Assembly: GCF_009914755.1 (NCBI RefSeq)
Contig: NC_060940.1
DNA length: 64,000 nucleotides
Reading direction: 5' to 3' (one strand)
Origin: the human T2T-CHM13v2.0 reference genome, Homo sapiens
Part shown: positions 53,260-64,000 of the stretch, one piece after another
How the letters are laid out: each line of letters opens with the position of its first letter
Numbering within the stretch: position 1 is the stretch's first letter
Program-made: the position numbers and the translations under genes
The notes under the pieces: generated by a model
The model's input: only the letters and a program-made list of their open reading frames with translations
Told to the model about the DNA's origin: nothing
The model's database searches: none

Positions 53260-53650
53260 TCAGAGGAGCAGGCATGCGGCCCCTCGGGCAGAGTCCTCAT
53301 CCCTGCACCTGACTCAGCCCCGCGCTCCTACCACCACCTCATATGCTCCAAAGTCTTGAGGAGGAAACGGGGAGCAGGGGGATCCCCAGCGGCTTCTCAA
53401 TCCCGCAGAAGCTGGTGGGTAGGACGCAGTGGCAGTGGGGGGAGCAGGTGGGCAGTGCCCACGGTGGGCTGCGCTGGGTTGGAACAGAGCTGGCCAGATG
53501 CCCGAGGTCTGCGCAGGGGTGTGGCGGGTGTGGTGCGCGTCAAAGGGCGGGGCTGCAGAGTGGCTTCATTTGCATGCAACCGTCATGGCGCCGCCCCTGA
53601 CGCCTACCATAATTCTTGATCTGCGATCTCCCCACCTCCGCAGCAGCCAG
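53260..53650. promoter_or_regulatory. Small orphan CpG-rich element (putative enhancer or promoter)
   Basis: Local CpG enrichment outside any repeat. GGGCGGGG at 53545-53552, ATTTGCAT at 53568-53575, and CGTCA/TGACG at 53538, 53581 and 53598. Confidence 0.55.
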
Positions 53651-54134
53651 ACTTTCCCCCACCCAGCCTCGTTATCTCCTCTTTTATTAGATTTAATGCT
53701 CCTAAACCAAATTGCTGGAATCCAGGGAAGACAGATGGGGGTTAGGGACAGAATGAACCCTGCCCTGCAAACTGATGATACTGCTCCCTATTCCATTTCT
53801 GGAAAAAAATCAAGTCCACTGGGATTTCTGAGAAACCAGTATGGAGAGGTGCGACAGGGAGGGTGTCATATCCCAACAGCGTGTTCTGCATCCTTCCATT
53901 CCAAAGGTCATTTACTCTCTTCCCCAGCTTCCTGGGGTCCTCAATCTCTCTCCTCATCCTTCTCTTATTCCAGAGGCAGCGGTGAGTGAGAAGCCCCCTT
54001 CACCCAGCAGGCACCACTGTCTTGCTAAATCTGAGTGCAAGTCAGCGAGTCCTAGGTGGGCAAGGCCCCTGCAGGGTCTCCCACCTGCCAGGTAGCTCTC
54101 CGTTTTGAAGCAGGGTGTCCCTAACAGCTCCTAG

Positions 54135-54385
54135 GCCAGCAGGACCAGCTAGTGAGAGCCTGCTGTGTGCCAGTCTCTGTGGCCCCGACCTCATATACAT
54201 TCAAATAACCCTTGCTAAGTAAGCCCTTATGAGTAGAGACTATTGTCATTGGCCCCATTTTACAGATGAGAAAACCAAGGCTTGGAGCGTGTGAGTGAGT
54301 GGCAGAGGCACCCACAGGGGGAGCTGAAGAACTCGGATTTAAATCCAGGCAGAGGGGCTTCAGACTAAGAGTGGGTGCTTTAAAC
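54135..54385 (-). mobile_element. MIR
   Basis: ccccattttacagatgagaaaaccaaggc...ggatttaaatccaggcag. Confidence 0.8.
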
Positions 54386-54799
54386 TCAAGCGCTGACCCA
54401 TAAAAAGGGTGAAAAGCTGTCATCTGTGCTGGGACAGACATAGGGTGACAGGATGCAAAAGCACAGAGCACCCTTAAGAGGTGACAGGGGCCTGAGTCGG
54501 GACTAAGGTGAGCCAAGGGAGGCGTAAAATGTGATGAGGTCCATGGGTTTGTGCCAATGCAGACCCTATAGTTGAAGGGCCATGAGAGCAGGTCCTCCTT
54601 ATGTGTATATAGATTGATTTATTACATAAATTTTCAAGATATTTTCCAAATTTTTAATCACTAAGTTTTCTTGTATCTAATGGAAATTTCCATGCAGAAA
54701 TTTCCTTAGAAAGGTTCAAGAATAAGGTTGGAGGAAGGAAGAGAATGGGCTGCACCAGCCATAACTGACCCTTTCTCTTTCTTAAAAAATCAAGGTGAA

Positions 54800-56002
<1,203 letters not shown>

Positions 56003-56977
56003 TCAGTTCGTGGATAAGGACAGCCTCTTATCTGCTCTCAGCTCCTAAAGGCAGCCCCTTATCAGGAGAGGAGGCCCACACCCCTGGGGAAGGCAGGTCT
56101 CTCTCATTCACACCCTCAGCTGATGGGTCTCCCTTATCTTCCGAGACCACCAACAACCCAGGGCCCAGCAGGGGCGGCTGCAGACACCCACTCCCAGCAC
56201 ACACACACACACACTGCCAGGTGCTGACCTACCAGGCATGGGGCCTGGGCCAGCAGCCCCTCGGATATCCCCAACTCAGGCTGTCCAGGGTTCTGCGGCC
56301 CATGGGTGCCCACACCCGTGCCTGCCCCCGGAGGAGCGCCAGGAATCCCAAGCAGCCTTGCTGGGTGGGGGTGGGGAGGGAGGGGCCAGCTGTCTCGGAG
56401 ACACAGAGAATTCCACCGGGGAGCTAGTCTGGGGTCACATGGGATGGGAGAAGGTGCGGCAAGAGGCTTATAGCCCAGCCCCCTGTGCCATATGGAGACC
56501 AAGAATGTTCTGCATGTGGAATAAGACTCCATATCGCCCCTTAGGAATTTTAATTGTGTGCTTTAAACCTGTCTCCCATTCCTGCTCCGCCCCCCACCCC
56601 TCACCCTGGGAGCAGGGACACTTGTTTAGAGTGCCTTGGGAATCACAGGAGCCAACAGCCAGGACTTTGTGTGACAGTGACGCACTGACATTTCTGGACC
56701 AGGCAAAAAATGCAGCCGCCTCCCTCCCAGGCAGTGCCTTGTCACTGACACTGGCTGGGAGTAGAGAAGCGGGGGCAGAAGCACCAGTGGGGGGCCACCT
56801 GGGTGGTGGGTGCATAAGCGCTGAAGGCCAGGGCCAACCCATCCTAGCTGTGTAACTGTGGGCAAGGGACCTAGACTCGCTGTGCCTCAGTTTCCTTATC
56901 TGTAAAGCGGGGTTGAGCACGGGGATTAGATAGAGCACTTGGCGTCTATCTCCCAAGCATTCAAGCTGTTAGCACCA

Positions 56978-57243
<266 letters not shown>

Positions 57244-57904
57244 ACAATTGTTATTGTTATCATTACTCTCTTCTCCAGAGAATGGAGACACGTTTAATCA
57301 AATCAGCCCCTCTGAGAGCAAGACTGTGGGGTCCCCTGCTCTTTTAGATGCCCCTGTGGGGCTTGGCCTTTGCCTGACCCTTTTTGGTCTGTGGGTCCAC
57401 CCTAAACAATAGTTTTTTCTTTATTTGGGAAGCTGTGGTCACTAGTAGTTCAGACCCTGGATTCTCATAAGTGGACTTAAATCCTGTATCAGTCATTTAT
57501 TATTTGCAAATCCTCACTTAGGGGGACCATTATATAGATAAGGAGACTGTGTGGCTATGGGTAAGTTTCTTAACCTCTCTGTGCCTTAATTTCCATTTCC
57601 ATGTTTCAGGGCTCAGTGATGATTAAAATGAGATGGTACTTTTAAAATTGCCTGGCACAGAGCAAATCCTCAATAAATATGAGCTGTTATTCTTAATATA
57701 TTACTGAATACCCCTTAGATATGGGAGGTATTAGTCCTATCATCCAAACTTAGTCCTCACAGTCACCCATGAACGGGAGAAATGAATATTGGCCCCCTCT
57801 GACAGATAGGGAAACTGAGTTCAGTGACTCAGTGACTTTCCCAGGGCAACACAGCTAGTGAGGAGTGGAGTCAAATTAGATCTAGTTGTTAAGTTCTGCT
57901 CATG

Positions 57905-58084
57905 CCAGGATCAGTGGCTAGCACCTGACATCCCAGTGCTTTGGGAGACTGAGGCGGGAGGATCTCTTGAGGCCAGGAGTTCAAGAGGAGCTTACGCAAC
58001 ATGGCAAAACCCTGTCTCAAGAACAAAGAAAGGAAGGAAGGAAGGAAGGAAGGAAGGAAGGAAGGAAGGAAGGAAGGAAGGAAG
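57905..58084 (+). repeat. Alu monomer (FLAM) with a (GGAA)~13 microsatellite tail (58032-58084)
   Basis: Read directly. Confidence 0.88.
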
Positions 58085-59007
58085 GGAGGGTTGGTTCTGC
58101 TCTTGACCATGGTGTCATCCCACCACCTCTTTTAAATAATGACAGAAGAGGAGAGATTAAGACAGAAGGAGGCCAACTAATCTCTCTCCACATGAGATTA
58201 GGTGGCCTCCTTCTTTATATTTTCAGGATTTGTCAAAGAAAATCTATAACAACAGAAGGCCAGTATCAATTCAATAATGTATTGGTTGAACCCAATGGCA
58301 TCCACGAACATTTCAATAATAGCTTAAAACGTGTTGGAGATCTATTATTTTTTTCTACCCATATTTTGGTGCTCAGATGGGCTCAAGCATTCTGTCCCAA
58401 TAATGCTGAGGTTTTCCTAGACATCCTCACGGTGGGGGAACCATTATATACAGACAAGGTGACTGAGGCTCACTGAAGTGCAGGGACCTTCCCAACTCAA
58501 GTGCCTGACTTCAAACTTGATTTTTCCTGAAAGATCACTGGCCCCCGTCTGCCCAAATGTAGCTGCATCTGGTGGTGTATAGACCCTGTGACTCCTCGTA
58601 GCACCTGTAAGCGCCTGGGGGGGTCACAGTCCAAGTTGACTCATCTGCATTCCCCACTGTACCTGTTGCCCACGTTGCCCAGGAGACATAATAGGTGCTT
58701 ACCTCAGATGGTAACAGAAGAGAAGGCGAGCAGTGCCCAAATTTCAGGAAAGATTAGGAAGGTAGTATGCACATGACTTGCTGATGAATTAAATGTGGGG
58801 TGTGGGAGAAAGAGAGGAATCAAGGATGAGTTCAAGGTTGAGGATCGGCTGGTGGGGCATTTACTGAGGGAGGAACAGAGCGTGGCCTGGAGCTGGGCGG
58901 GTAAAGCTAGAAATGTCGTCAGGAGCTGAGTTCAGGAGCCTGGATTTAGAAGCCAGAAGTTTGGGAGTCAGTGGGGGGATGAATGGGATTAAAAGGAGGG
59001 GAAGGTA

Positions 59008-61025
<2,018 letters not shown>

Positions 61026-61294
61026 ACTCCATCTACCAAGGCTGGCATTCAAATCTAGAACTTCTGATTGCAAATCCTGGTTATTTTTGTTTTTGTTTTT
61101 TTCTCTGCCCCACACTGCTGACAGTCCCCTGCACCTCGGACTACCCTCATTCCATAGATGAGGACCACAGGTTAGAAGCTTGTTCGAGGCCACACAGCTC
61201 CTAAGTGACAGAGCTGGGCTCTAGACTTTGAGCTGCCAAGTCTAATCTTAAAACACCATGGTTTACACTGTGCCCCTAAGGTGACAAGCAGGTG

Positions 61295-62076
<782 letters not shown>

Positions 62077-62294
62077 TAGCACAGGTTATTCGGTTCAAGG
62101 TAGATGCACTCACTGTGCACTGGGAACTGTGCCTGGCACTGAGAGACAGCAGCAAGCAAGACAGGCAAGGCTCGGCCCTCCAGGGGAAGGCAGAGGCAGA
62201 ACAGGTAGACAAGTAAATACACAAGAGAACTGTCAAGGGTAATGTACACAAAGGAAGAAATAAGACAGGATGGTAAAACAGGATAGGAGACCAA

Positions 62295-63527
<1,233 letters not shown>

Positions 63528-63866
63528 TAAGAGCCTCACTCAGGTCTTCCTTACTGGCCAGGGCACCATCCCCAGCTGCTACGAGTGAGTGTTGGCTGCT
63601 AATGGCTCACAGGTCCGCAGTTCTCCAGGCAATTAAGTTGCTCAGCCAATCTGAGCTATCTCACCTGGGAGGATAGTCCCTGCCAGCGGCCACAGACAAT
63701 GGCTGGCTGACTCAGGTACAAAGGGCCTCTGGTGCAGACATCTCTGTGATGCACTTCAAGGTCTGGCGCCCCTTGCAGGATCAGCTGGGACTGGGCTGCC
63801 CCGTACTACTTCCTCACCCCTCTCCTTCTGAGGCTTTGCTTATCTAGAACTTTCCGAGGGGAGGAC

Positions 63867-64000
63867 TTTTTTTCTTTTTTCTTTTTGAGACAGAGTCTCA
63901 CTCTGTCTAGGCCAGAGTGCAGTGGTGCAGTCAAAGCTCACTGCAGCCTCAACTTCCTTGGCTTAAGCGTTCCTCCAGCCTCAGCCTCCCAAGTACCTGG
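63867..64000 (-). mobile_element. Alu (partial, runs off the window)
   Basis: Reverse Alu right arm. Confidence 0.85.

Noticed and set aside
53586-53604. CTCF site in the orphan CpG patch
   Set aside because: The reverse strand GCGTCAGGGGCGGCG is one base short of the CCASYAGRKGGCR core, so the match is poor.
51794-53989. 213-, 250- and 186-aa ORFs
   Set aside because: They partly overlap L2-like or GC-rich sequence, have non-ATG starts, and show no recognisable domain or exon structure.

Overview
Human (primate) genomic DNA with a high density of Alu repeats, recognisable as the EMP2-TEKT5 interval (16p13.13; locus assignment from recall). Both genes lie on the minus strand. Positions 1-14462 are intron 1 of EMP2. 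Its non-coding first exon (donor GTGAGT at 14462-14457) sits in a CpG island at about 13.9-14.8 kb. About 47 kb of intergenic DNA follows, made of Alu, MIR, L2, old L1M, MaLR LTR and hAT (MER) elements plus a small orphan CpG-rich patch at about 53.3-53.65 kb. The only protein-coding sequence is the terminal exon of TEKT5 (61729-61513, 71 aa of tektin C-terminus). All other ORFs in the track look like repeat-derived or GC-rich noise. I found no convincing new gene or new biological system. The best leads are regulatory or structural: Alu-tail AATAAA hexamers just upstream of the TEKT5 last acceptor, where the native poly(A) signal is a weak AGTAAA; a perfect HSE overlapping a STAT site in EMP2 intron 1; an octamer/GC-box/CRE cluster in the orphan CpG patch; and several rearrangement scars (a 260-bp dispersed duplication, a 72-bp tandem duplication, a 28-bp templated insertion and a fold-back Alu end). 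Repeat boundaries are approximate and subfamily names were assigned by eye.
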